Below, piece by piece: positions 1-8,858 of a stretch of DNA of 64,000 nucleotides; the stretch's first letter is position 1; each line of letters opens with the position of its first letter. Below the pieces are notes generated by a model. It had not been told where the DNA came from. It saw nothing but the letters and a program-made list of their open reading frames with translations, and did not search any database. The translations under genes were made by a program, and so were the position numbers. Origin of the DNA: Synechococcus sp. (lineage in GTDB: Bacteria > Cyanobacteriota > Cyanobacteriia > PCC-6307 > Cyanobiaceae); the NCBI GenBank assembly GCA_047284725.1, contig JBJBEO010000001.1:1848203-1912202 (forward strand). Reading direction: 5' to 3'.

Positions 1-1
1 C

Positions 2-190
2 CAGTTCGCTGATTTCGTCGGTGCGTGGGGATTCATGAGTCAGGTGGCACTGATGGCTGAAGCCATGAATCACCATCCCGACTGGAGCAATGTCTATGCG
101 AGCGTCACCATTCGCCTCAGCACCCATGATCTTGGAGGCATCTCCACGCTCGATCGAACCCTTGCCCAGGCGATCGACCGCTTGCTTTGA
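2..190 (+). CDS. phhB: Pterin-4-alpha-carbinolamine dehydratase, 3' part (runs off the window start)
   Basis: Hand translation of frame 2: [51 protein letters not shown]...; HHPDW and THD motifs of the PCD family; TGA at 188-190. Confidence 0.9.
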   Translation, partial: QFADFVGAWGFMSQVALMAEAMNHHPDWSNVYASVTIRLSTHDLGGISTLDRTLAQAIDRLL

Positions 191-225
191 AGCCTGCCAG
201 CATGAAGAGTCCCCCTTGCAACGCC

Positions 226-1350
226 ATGACCGCCACCCCCACCAGCGCAGTGATGCCGACCAGTGGCGTGCCGGTCACGATTCTCACTGGGTTTCTCGGT
301 GCAGGCAAAACCACACTGCTCAACCACATCCTCACCAACCAGAACGGAGTGAAAACAGCCGTTCTGGTGAATGAATTCGGCGAGATCGGCATCGATAACG
401 ACCTGGTGATCAGCACCGGGGAAGACATGGTGGAGCTGAGCAACGGCTGCATCTGCTGTTCGATCAACGGCGAGCTGCTCGAGGCCGTCGACCGAATCCT
501 GACCCGTCCGGACCCCGTTGACTATCTCGTGGTGGAGACCACAGGCCTGGCAGACCCCTTGCCAGTGGCCATGACGTTCCTGGGGAGTGAGCTGCGCGAT
601 CAGACGCGCCTCGACTCGATCATCACCCTGATCGATGCCGAAAACTTCAGCCCTGATCTGCTGGAGAGTGAAGTGGGACGCTCTCAGGTGGTCTATGGCG
701 ACATCCTGCTGCTCAACAAGACGGATCTGGTCAATGAGGAGCGTTTGCAGGCCATCGAAACGACCTTGAGAGAGGTCAAAAAGGACGCGCGCATCCTGCG
801 TTCTGAAAAGGGCAATGTCCCCCTGCCACTGCTCATGAGTGTGGGTCTGTTTGAAAGCGACAAGGTGGTGAGTGCAGCCGATGACCCCACCCTCGACCAC
901 AGCGACTGTGACCATGACCATGGGCACTGCAGTCACGACCATCACGACCACGGCGACCACAGCCATGACCATGACCACAGCCACAGCCACAGCCACAGCC
1001 ATGACCACAGTCACAGCCACGGCCAAGGCACCGACCATCTAGCGATTGAGGGCTACACCTCTCTCTCCTTCAGCAGCGATGGCCCCTTCGCCCTGCGCAA
1101 ATTTCAAAACTTTCTCGACAATCAGCTGCCCGCCACAGTGTTCAGGGCCAAGGGAATCCTGTGGTTCAACGAAAGCGAACGCCGCCACGTGTTCCATCTG
1201 GCAGGCAAGCGCTTCTCCATCGACGACAGCGATTGGCCCGGAGAACGCAAGAACCAGCTGGTGATCATCGGTCGGGACCTCGACCACAACACCCTGCGGA
1301 AACAGCTGCGGGCCTGCGTGGCCAAGGACGCCGGCACAGGTTTCGGTTGA
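226..1350 (+). CDS. COG0523/CobW-family G3E metallochaperone GTPase with His-rich insert
   Basis: GFLGAGKTT Walker A, GCICC metal motif, ETTGLADP, NKTD, C-terminal RAKG motif; long H/D/S tract; ATG 226 preferred over TTG 187. Confidence 0.92.
   Translation: MTATPTSAVMPTSGVPVTILTGFLGAGKTTLLNHILTNQNGVKTAVLVNEFGEIGIDNDLVISTGEDMVELSNGCICCSINGELLEAVDRILTRPDPVDYLVVETTGLADPLPVAMTFLGSELRDQTRLDSIITLIDAENFSPDLLESEVGRSQVVYGDILLLNKTDLVNEERLQAIETTLREVKKDARILRSEKGNVPLPLLMSVGLFESDKVVSAADDPTLDHSDCDHDHGHCSHDHHDHGDHSHDHDHSHSHSHSHDHSHSHGQGTDHLAIEGYTSLSFSSDGPFALRKFQNFLDNQLPATVFRAKGILWFNESERRHVFHLAGKRFSIDDSDWPGERKNQLVIIGRDLDHNTLRKQLRACVAKDAGTGFG
976..999 (+). repeat. (CACAGC)4 in-frame microsatellite encoding HSHSHSHS
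   Basis: Read directly; lies inside the His-rich tract (about 898-1038) of the COG0523 gene. Confidence 0.9.
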
Positions 1351-1422
1351 TGCAATCGGACGCAATCCCTACAAGCAGGATTGGCACAGCTTGCTTAGGG
1401 TGTCTGAATCTCAGGAGATGCC

Positions 1423-1569
1423 ATGATTGAACTCCTCACCGCAACACTGGCTCTGACAGCCCTTGGTGTTGCTCTGTGGATGATGGCTGACTCTGACGAC
1501 GACAATTCCGGTGGCGGCCTGATGGAACCTGTGCTGGTACCCATTCCGGTCCGCAACACCCGCCGCTGA
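1423..1569 (+). CDS. Small single-TM protein, 48 aa (MIELLTATLALTALGVALWMMADSDDDNSGGGLMEPVLVPIPVRNTRR)
   Basis: Below the ORF-track cutoff; AGGAG RBS just upstream, one hydrophobic helix, acidic DDD-x-GGG linker, own terminator. Confidence 0.75.
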   Translation: MIELLTATLALTALGVALWMMADSDDDNSGGGLMEPVLVPIPVRNTRR

Positions 1570-1586
1570 AACGGTCTTCGTGTTCC

Positions 1587-1622
1587 AAAAACCATCGCTC
1601 CCCAGGGAGCGGTGGTTTTTTT
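1587..1622 (+). terminator. Intrinsic terminator (A-tract and T-tract flanks, possibly bidirectional)
   Basis: AAAAACCATCGCTCC-CCAG-GGAGCGGTGGTTTTTTT. Confidence 0.85.
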
Positions 1623-1653
1623 GTGTCCGAGCCAGCCAGGCGAATAACGCTAT

Positions 1654-1702
1654 TGCGTATCATTCGCACCTTGCGAGCCAAGGCTAATGCGTATCACTCT
1701 CA
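1654..1702. promoter_or_regulatory. Two Fur-box-like 7-1-7 inverted repeats upstream of futA
   Basis: TGCGTAT-C-ATTCGCA (1654-1668) and TGCGTAT-C-ACTCTCA (1688-1702) resemble TGAGAAT-N-ATTCTCA; directly upstream of an Fe(III)-binding protein gene. Confidence 0.65.
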
Positions 1703-1722
1703 ATAAGCGGCCAGTGCTGCGA

Positions 1723-2727
1723 ATGGTTTCGCTCGGGCTGTTGCTGTCCGGAGCAGGCCTGCTGCAGGCCTGTGGTGCCAGCAAAGACAAGAGCATCGGG
1801 GTCTACTCCGGACGTCACTACAACACGGATCAGGAGCTGTATAAGCGGTTCACCCAAGAGACGGGAATCCGCGTTGAACTGCTGGAAGCCAAAGATGATG
1901 CACTGATCCAACGCCTGCGTTCCGAAGGTGACAACAGCCCCGCTGATGTGTTGATCCTGGCCGACGCTGCCCGACTGGATCGCGCCGCAGGCCTGAATCT
2001 CTTCCAGCCGGTGTCCTCGAAAACCTTGAGCCAGGCGATCCCCGCGACGCTGCGCGACCCAGAGAACCGCTGGTTTGGCCTCACCCGCCGCATGCGCGTG
2101 CCCATGGTCAACCCCAGCCAGGTCAAGCCCGATCAGGTGGGTCGCTACAGCAAGCTCTCCGATCCGTCTCTGGCCGGCAAACTCTGCCTACGCAACCGCC
2201 GCAGCGTCTACAACCAATCGTTGGTCGCCTTCATGATCGACCGAACCGGCGAGGAGTCCACGGCCCGTTGGATCAAGGGAATGGTCGCCAACCTGGCCCA
2301 ACCCGTGTTCAGCAGCGACACCCCGATGATCCGCGCAGTCGCCCAGGGCCAGTGTGGGGTGGCTTTAGCCAACACGTATTACCTGGCCCGCTTGCAGGCA
2401 GGCGATAAAGGGGCCGCCGATCAAACGCTGAGCCAATCGGTTGAGGTGGCATGGCCTGACCCCGTGCACGTCAACATCACGGGCGCTGGGGTCACCCGCG
2501 CCAGCAGCAATCCTGCTGCAGCCCAGCGCTTCGTGGAGTTCCTGGCCTCCAACCAGGCGCAGGGTGGCTATGCGGCCGCCAACCATGAATATCCAATCAA
2601 AGGGGTCGGCAACGATCCAGTGCTCAAGGCCTGGGGGACCTTCCGCCAAGCTGATGTCTCGGCCGCCAGGCTGGGCGACTTGAATGGCAAAGCACTACAA
2701 CTGATGACTGCGAACGGCTGGCAATGA
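1723..2727 (+). CDS. futA: Fe(III) ABC transporter substrate-binding lipoprotein FutA/IdiA
   Basis: Lipobox-like LQAC, YSGRHY, SPADVLI, YNQSL, NTYY iron-ligand tyrosines, NHEYP; ATG 1723 chosen because ATG 1687 overlaps the Fur-like box. Confidence 0.93.
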   Translation: MVSLGLLLSGAGLLQACGASKDKSIGVYSGRHYNTDQELYKRFTQETGIRVELLEAKDDALIQRLRSEGDNSPADVLILADAARLDRAAGLNLFQPVSSKTLSQAIPATLRDPENRWFGLTRRMRVPMVNPSQVKPDQVGRYSKLSDPSLAGKLCLRNRRSVYNQSLVAFMIDRTGEESTARWIKGMVANLAQPVFSSDTPMIRAVAQGQCGVALANTYYLARLQAGDKGAADQTLSQSVEVAWPDPVHVNITGAGVTRASSNPAAAQRFVEFLASNQAQGGYAAANHEYPIKGVGNDPVLKAWGTFRQADVSAARLGDLNGKALQLMTANGWQ

Positions 2728-4286
2728 TCCAGGCGCCCCTGGCACCGACTGCCGGGCACCGCAGCTTCTGGCAACCCGGTCGACGCTGGCTGAGCATCTT
2801 GGCGGTGGTGCTGGCCGTGATGGCCCTGCTGCCGCTGGCAGGGCTCATCCAGGCTGGCCTCCAAGGACTGGGGGATGGAAGCGCCAGCCTTGGCGCTGAT
2901 GGTGGCCAGCAGATCGCCGGCACCATCACCCTGCTGCTCGGCACCACAGGCCTGGGCGCAGTGCTGGGGACCGCCAATGGTTGGTTGCTCGCCAATTGCC
3001 GCTTCCCAGGAAGGCGATTGCTGCGGGTCGCCCAGTTGTTGCCCCTTGCCACACCCTCCTACGTGCTGGCCGCCACACTGATCGATCTCGGGAGCCGCCA
3101 GGGCATCCGCATTCATGGCCTGAGCTGGGGAGTGCTGGTGATGGCGCTCTGCACCTATCCCTACGTTTTTCTGCTCAGCACCGAGAGTTTCACCATCTGC
3201 GGACGGCGCCAGCTCGAGGCCTGCCGATGCCTGGGCGTGGGGCCCTGGAACAGCTTTCGTCGGATTGCACTGCCGATGGCAATGCCAGCGATCGGCGCCG
3301 GCATCGCCCTGATGGGCATGGAAGTGGTGAATGAACTTGGAGCAGTGCAGTTACTCGGGATTCCAAGCCTGTCAGGCGGAATCCTTCAGGCATGGCAAGC
3401 GGAAGGGAATCCAGCCGGAGCGGTCGGGCTAGCCCTGATCACTCTCTGCATCGTGATGGTGCTCCTCATCGGAGAGCGTCGGCTTCGTCGACGCAGTCGA
3501 CGCTGGGCGGAAGGAGTGGCAGGCGGTGAATCACCGGCCTGGCCGCTCAACGGTGGGCGGGCGCTGATTGCACAGATCCTGGGAGCCATGCCGCCACTGC
3601 TGAGTCTGGGCACGCCCCTGCTGTGGGCCAGTGTCAACATCGATCAACTCAGCCAGAGCATCAGCCCTGAACTTCTGCTGCTCACAGGGCGCAGCCTGGG
3701 TCTAGCGCTCGCAGCCGCAGGCCTTGCCGTTGTGGCTGCCCTGCTTCTGTCCATCGCCAAACGATGGAGTCAATCGACGGGACTGCGAGGACTCACATTT
3801 CTGGCAGGCATGGGCTACGCCGTGCCTGGGGCCGTCCTCGCCCTTGCCCTGCAATTAATCGGGGGTCCTTGGCAGCTCGCACCGCTCGGCCTGCTGCTCT
3901 GGGGATACAGCGATCGTTTTCTCGCGGTCGCCAAAGGAGGCCTGGATGCCGCCCTTGAACGCCTGTCTCCAAGCCTTGATGAGGCTGCGACAGGTCTGGG
4001 GTGCCGCTGGCCAACGGTGCTGAAGCGCGTGCACCTCCCCCTGCTGCGAGGCCCTTTGGCGGTCGGTGGACTGCTGGTCTTTGTCGACACGGTGAAAGAA
4101 CTGCCGCTCACCTTCGCCCTGCGCCCCTTCAACTTCGACACCTTGTCGGTGCGGGTGTTCCAGTACGCCAGCGACGAACGCCTGGCAGCCGCCCTCCTGC
4201 CCACGATGATGATCCTCAGCCTCGGCTTAATCGCGTCTCTGGCACTCGTCCCAGGCCTTGAACAGGGTCCAAGCGTCGACGACTGA
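2724..4286 (+). CDS. futB: Fe(III) ABC transporter permease
   Basis: Two EAA-loop repeats (LEACRCLG, DEAATGLG), KELP motif, polytopic; ATGA overlap with futA. Confidence 0.92.
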   Translation: MIQAPLAPTAGHRSFWQPGRRWLSILAVVLAVMALLPLAGLIQAGLQGLGDGSASLGADGGQQIAGTITLLLGTTGLGAVLGTANGWLLANCRFPGRRLLRVAQLLPLATPSYVLAATLIDLGSRQGIRIHGLSWGVLVMALCTYPYVFLLSTESFTICGRRQLEACRCLGVGPWNSFRRIALPMAMPAIGAGIALMGMEVVNELGAVQLLGIPSLSGGILQAWQAEGNPAGAVGLALITLCIVMVLLIGERRLRRRSRRWAEGVAGGESPAWPLNGGRALIAQILGAMPPLLSLGTPLLWASVNIDQLSQSISPELLLLTGRSLGLALAAAGLAVVAALLLSIAKRWSQSTGLRGLTFLAGMGYAVPGAVLALALQLIGGPWQLAPLGLLLWGYSDRFLAVAKGGLDAALERLSPSLDEAATGLGCRWPTVLKRVHLPLLRGPLAVGGLLVFVDTVKELPLTFALRPFNFDTLSVRVFQYASDERLAAALLPTMMILSLGLIASLALVPGLEQGPSVDD

Positions 4287-5307
4287 GGCAGGCCTTGCCC
4301 CTTCGAGGTGCCAGGACGGCCAACCAATTCATCTGCAACGGACTGAAATTGTCATCGCTGGCCAGCACCAGCGTGAATCGACCATCAGCCAGCTGGGGAC
4401 CAAGGGTCAGCGCTTCCCAGTTGTCGGCAGGCAGACCGGCCGTGTGAAGGTCCCATTGCATCAAAGGGCGATGCGCATCCCGCGTTGAAGGCGACAACGG
4501 GAAAGCCACCAACCAGGCTTGCCAACCAAACGGAAACGACACCTGCCTGACCAATGCAAGCAATCGTTGAGCGGCTGGCACAGCGAGCAGATCCGTAAGA
4601 CCGGCGTCTGCGCCCAGAGAGGCAAGACGCAACCATGCGTAAGGTTCAGCCTGGCCGCCGGGATGGCTTCTGGCCAAAGGGATCCCTCCGTGCATCCGCT
4701 CTTGCAACAAAGGGGCTTCCGCTGCCATCAGCAGATCTCCCGGCGCCAGTGTGGTCAAGGATTCCGGACCCAGATTCACCGCCAGACCACGTCCCCTCGT
4801 CGCAGCCCAACTGGCAGGAAGCGGCCGTCGCTGCATCAGGCGCCCCGTCGCAAGATCGAAACGGATCAGGCTGGCCTGCCGCCGCTGCGTCCGTCGCCCC
4901 TCGCTCACGATCCAGGCCTGATTGCCCTGGAGCACCAGCCCCTCGCCATCCAATCCAACGGGCAACGCATCGCCCTGGGCTGTGCGCAGCCGTAAACGGG
5001 GCCCGGGCGTCAGGGCTGAAGCCTCTCCCCGCAGCAACCGCGCCAGGCCGCCCCATGGCATCAAGTAACTCCGAGGTGAATCGCTCAGCAACCACAAGCG
5101 ATCCTGTTCGGGCTGATAACCCGCAGCAGAGAACCCTCCAACCGGTTGACCATCAAGGCCCTTGCGGGGGAGTTTCACCGTGCGCACAACGTCCCAGCCT
5201 GCCGAAAGCGGGCAAGGGAACACCTGGGGGGAAGGTGGTAGCGCAGCAGCGAGCATCAAACCCATCATGGTCCGACGTCCCGCCATGCCACACAGCTCTG
5301 CGCTCAA
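4216..5307 (-). CDS. Esterase-like activity of phytase family protein
   Basis: GGFSA, LLSD, DGEGL, NLGPESL, DNWEAL, LASDDNF motifs; start uncertain. Confidence 0.75.
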   Translation of the reverse strand: MSAELCGMAGRRTMMGLMLAAALPPSPQVFPCPLSAGWDVVRTVKLPRKGLDGQPVGGFSAAGYQPEQDRLWLLSDSPRSYLMPWGGLARLLRGEASALTPGPRLRLRTAQGDALPVGLDGEGLVLQGNQAWIVSEGRRTQRRQASLIRFDLATGRLMQRRPLPASWAATRGRGLAVNLGPESLTTLAPGDLLMAAEAPLLQERMHGGIPLARSHPGGQAEPYAWLRLASLGADAGLTDLLAVPAAQRLLALVRQVSFPFGWQAWLVAFPLSPSTRDAHRPLMQWDLHTAGLPADNWEALTLGPQLADGRFTLVLASDDNFSPLQMNWLAVLAPRRGKACLSRRRLDPVQGLGRVPETRLSRG

Positions 5308-6233
5308 GCCTGATGGTGGGCCGAAACGCGCTGATCGAGCACCGAAGCACCAGCCGCCATCACATCAGCCAAGGTGACAACCAGGCGATAGCTGAGGGCA
5401 ATCGCCAGCAACGGCGCCTCCGCCACCACGCCATGAAGCCTGAGCAGCAAAACGGTTTCAAACACGCCAAGGCCACCCGGTGCCCCGGGGACCACCAGGC
5501 CCACCGTCCAGGCCAGGGCAAAGCCTGAGAGCCACACACCGAGTGGATGACCGTCGCCAAGCCCGAAACTCTGCACACAGCACCAGAAACCAGCAAAGCG
5601 GCAGAGCACAAACACCATTTCCATCGCCAACGGAGCCCAGGGATAGCCGCCGCGGCCACTGCCGAGCTGCGTTGGATCAAACGAGGCCAAGCTCTCGCCC
5701 TCGACCCGGTTGAGTTGCTTCCACTTCGCCTGCTCCAGGCGGGTCAGCAAGGGTTCACGCCAGCGCGGCATCAGCACCAGCAAAGGCAACACACACACCA
5801 AGGCCAGACCCGACTGCCAACCGCCCAACGGGACCCAGAGCAGTGCCGCCACCGCCATCACCAGAGGCTCCAGCAGCACGGAAACCAGGGCTTGATTGGC
5901 CCCGATGAACGGTTGAAGCGTGCGCAGGCGATCGACGAAATGCCAGATACCACCAGGCAGATACTTGAGCAGGTTGGTCCGTAGATAAAGCTGCACCAGG
6001 GCCAGGTCTGCAACGCCATGGCCGAGCCAATCCATCAGCACCCGCCAGGCCAGACCATTCACCACCAAGCTCAACCAACTGAGGTTCAATCCCAACAGCA
6101 ACCACCACCAGCCGCGGGCCGTGAGGGTGAGATCGCGCAAGCCCGTCACATGCCCAGCCAGAGCCCAGGCAATGAAGCCAAGACTGGCCAGGGTGACCCA
6201 GAGCCGCAATCCACCGGGGAGCTTGAACGTCAT
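5304..6233 (-). CDS. UPF0104 / lysylphosphatidylglycerol synthase TM-domain membrane protein
   Basis: KYLPGGIW and PGGLGVFE motifs, polytopic; ATG 6233 overlaps the larC stop. Confidence 0.8.
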   Translation of the reverse strand: MTFKLPGGLRLWVTLASLGFIAWALAGHVTGLRDLTLTARGWWWLLLGLNLSWLSLVVNGLAWRVLMDWLGHGVADLALVQLYLRTNLLKYLPGGIWHFVDRLRTLQPFIGANQALVSVLLEPLVMAVAALLWVPLGGWQSGLALVCVLPLLVLMPRWREPLLTRLEQAKWKQLNRVEGESLASFDPTQLGSGRGGYPWAPLAMEMVFVLCRFAGFWCCVQSFGLGDGHPLGVWLSGFALAWTVGLVVPGAPGGLGVFETVLLLRLHGVVAEAPLLAIALSYRLVVTLADVMAAGASVLDQRVSAHHQA

Positions 6234-7450
6234 AACGACCAGTCGTCGAGAGGAGTGAAACGGTCCGCCTCGGCCAACACCACCTGCCGCACATGATCCA
6301 CCGAGACAGCGTCCTGAAGGCTGATTCGGCGCAGCTCGTCGTGTTCCACCTTGAGCGTGGTCTGACCACCGGGGCGGCGCACCTGTTTCACACGGATCTC
6401 GCCCCATGGAGAAGGACAGAGTCCAGAACGCCGCCACAGCAGCCAACGGCCCTGGCGGCGTTCACGCACCCCAAGGCTGGAGCTAGTCCGCAACCAGACC
6501 TGGCGCAGAGCCAAAGCGTGTTCGGGCAACAGCAAAGCCGTGAGGGCATGGCCCTGGCGTCCCTTCTGCATCACTGCAGGGGTCGTCGCCACCTCCAGGG
6601 CACCGGCCTGGCGCAGGCTCTCAGCCAGGTGAGCGATGTCTTCCGCAGACGCATCATCAATCCAGGCCTCCTGCACCACCAGGTCCTGCCATCCGATCAA
6701 GTCATCTCCTCGGGAGATCTCCTCCACCTGCAACAGCCGCAACAGGTTGGGACGATCAAGCTGACGATGACCCAGGCCGATGCCCACCGCGTCCACCACC
6801 AGATCCTGCGGTTCGGCAAAGGCGTCCGCCAGCACAGCCATCAAAGCCAGGCCTGTGGGGGTGGTGAGTTCTCCACCAGGGAGATGCGACCCGGAACGCA
6901 GGGGCACGCGATAGCGACGCGCCAGTTCCAACACCGCTGGAACGGGCACCGGCAGGCAGCCGTGAGCCGTGTCCACGGTTCCTCGACCCGCAGGAGGCGG
7001 CTGACACAGGAGACGCTCTGGGGCCAGATGGGTCACGGCGGCACAGACCCCCACCACATCCACAAGGCTGTCCAGGGCACCCACCTCATGAAAATGCACG
7101 TCGTCAGGGACGGTGCCATGCACGGCGGCCTCGGCTTCCGCCAATGCACTGAACACCGCCAGCACCTTCGTCTTCAGCAAGGGAACGATGGGTGCTGCAC
7201 GGATCCGCCCGCGCAGATCACGCCAGTGGCGATGGTGCTCACTAGGAATGGTGGGCTCCACATCCAGCTGAAGACCCCGCAGACCGCCGTTGGTGCTTTC
7301 CTCAACCACCAGGCGATAGGCGTCGCCCAGACCAAGGGCATCCAGCGGCTCGGTGATCACCTGGCGAGGAACGCCCAGATCCAGACTGGCGGCCAGCAAC
7401 ATGTCGCCTGCGAGCCCGGTCGGACAGTCGACCACCAGAGTTTGCATCAC
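6230..7450 (-). CDS. larC: Nickel-pincer cofactor nickel insertase LarC
   Basis: GLAGDMLLAA, HHRH, VHFHEVGALDS, HGCLPVPVPA, ELTTPTG, MQKGR. Confidence 0.92.
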   Translation of the reverse strand: MMQTLVVDCPTGLAGDMLLAASLDLGVPRQVITEPLDALGLGDAYRLVVEESTNGGLRGLQLDVEPTIPSEHHRHWRDLRGRIRAAPIVPLLKTKVLAVFSALAEAEAAVHGTVPDDVHFHEVGALDSLVDVVGVCAAVTHLAPERLLCQPPPAGRGTVDTAHGCLPVPVPAVLELARRYRVPLRSGSHLPGGELTTPTGLALMAVLADAFAEPQDLVVDAVGIGLGHRQLDRPNLLRLLQVEEISRGDDLIGWQDLVVQEAWIDDASAEDIAHLAESLRQAGALEVATTPAVMQKGRQGHALTALLLPEHALALRQVWLRTSSSLGVRERRQGRWLLWRRSGLCPSPWGEIRVKQVRRPGGQTTLKVEHDELRRISLQDAVSVDHVRQVVLAEADRFTPLDDWSL

Positions 7451-8121
7451 ACCTCAGGCGGTTGAGACGACGGGGAGGACAGCAACTGGTCGGTGAGCTG
7501 CTCGAGCTGAGGCTGCTGCCGCCGCAGCCACTGGTCCACTTCGCGTCTGGCTCGCCGCTGCTCCCTCTGGGCCGTGTCCACGTCATGGCCCGAGAGGCCC
7601 CAGAGGCGACCGAGCAGAGCCCGGTCGTCGGCACCGCCTCGAGCGGCGCCGTACATCAGGGACTCGGCAGCGATGCCGGCCTGGAGAACACGGCTCCAGC
7701 GCCGCAGATCTTCAAGCGACATCCGCACGCTGGGAAGACGTTCGAACTCGGTGGCGCCATTGCTGCGCACCCCTGCCTGCAGGCAAGCCCTGGTGCCAAC
7801 GAGCACCCGTTGCACCTGGAGTTTGTTGTCTCGCGCCAGAAGGAGATGACCGGCCTCATGGCAAGCGATCCGACGCAGCCTGGCCTGCCCCCCTGGCAAG
7901 GATTCCGCCAGTAGGTGACCACCAAGCCCCTGCCATTGCGAAGCATCCACGGTGAGACCGACCAGCAGGCCGCCGACACCCACTGCGATCCACGCGGGTG
8001 AGATCCCCACCAGGGGACCAAAGACCGCAACGAGCGTGGCACCGGCAACAGCAGCGCCTGCGGTGATGCTGGCGACCGATCCTCTGGACTCGCCGCCGCT
8101 GCCGGAAGGGGACGACGGCAT
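7447..8121 (-). CDS. Membrane protein with M41-like HEAGH metalloprotease motif
   Basis: Two N-terminal TM segments; RIACHEAGH and AGIAAE...GGADD. Confidence 0.7.
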   Translation of the reverse strand: MPSSPSGSGGESRGSVASITAGAAVAGATLVAVFGPLVGISPAWIAVGVGGLLVGLTVDASQWQGLGGHLLAESLPGGQARLRRIACHEAGHLLLARDNKLQVQRVLVGTRACLQAGVRSNGATEFERLPSVRMSLEDLRRWSRVLQAGIAAESLMYGAARGGADDRALLGRLWGLSGHDVDTAQREQRRARREVDQWLRRQQPQLEQLTDQLLSSPSSQPPEV

Positions 8122-8762
8122 CAGGCCTGGGGCTGACGACTGCGACCCTTGCCACCACGGCCTTTCCCTGCACGGGTTGGCATTGGGGCGATCACGTCAT
8201 GGCGTTCCACCTGAAGGTCCTGGCCTTCACGCCGCACGTCAAGGCTGACGAAATGGCGCAGATGATCGATGGAGACCTCACCTCTGAGCTGAAGCTTGAA
8301 CGGCAGCGGACGGCTGCCATCTGGTCTGGGTTGCTGCCGAATCTTGATCACCAGCTCACCGCTTTCAGGGCGGGTGTAGATCAGCTCACCACGGATGGAG
8401 AAGTAATCATCACCTTCAGGCAGGGTGTCGTGCACCTCGGCGGCCGATGCCGTATCGGCTTCAGCATCGACCCGATCGAGGGTGCTCGGCTCCCAGACGC
8501 CTGCGATTTGCAGATGAAGAAGACCTCCCTCCCGGCTGCGGGGATACACCACCCAGAGATGGGGGTGGTCCATGGCCAGGTGACGGCGCATCAGCGTGAG
8601 CATGCGGCCCAAGACGACGGCCTCGAGCTCCTGGCCCTGGTCGTCAACCAGAACGCCTCGCGTGAGCTGGTCGTCGGACTCAGGCCGGTAGGTACCGCGG
8701 ACAATGCCGATGGCCCGGTATTGCAGCGGTTCGGTGACCGGGGGAATCGGATGGTCGCGCAT
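8121..8762 (-). CDS. Conserved cyanobacterial hypothetical protein
   Basis: HPIPPVTEPLQYRAIG and HLWVVYPR motifs; 1-nt overlap with the downstream gene. Confidence 0.8.
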   Translation of the reverse strand: MRDHPIPPVTEPLQYRAIGIVRGTYRPESDDQLTRGVLVDDQGQELEAVVLGRMLTLMRRHLAMDHPHLWVVYPRSREGGLLHLQIAGVWEPSTLDRVDAEADTASAAEVHDTLPEGDDYFSIRGELIYTRPESGELVIKIRQQPRPDGSRPLPFKLQLRGEVSIDHLRHFVSLDVRREGQDLQVERHDVIAPMPTRAGKGRGGKGRSRQPQA

Positions 8763-8858
8763 CAGTCAGTAAGGGCATGCAGTGGCCCTCACAAACTTTA
8801 GCCAGCACTGGCGATCCGCCTCAGACTGATCGGCGTTGGCATGGGCTGAGCAAACGCG

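Noticed and set aside
94..1038. Long antisense ORFs (e.g. 94-1038, 6293-7465, 12409-13164)
   Set aside because: Shadow frames of well-supported genes, expected in high-GC coding DNA
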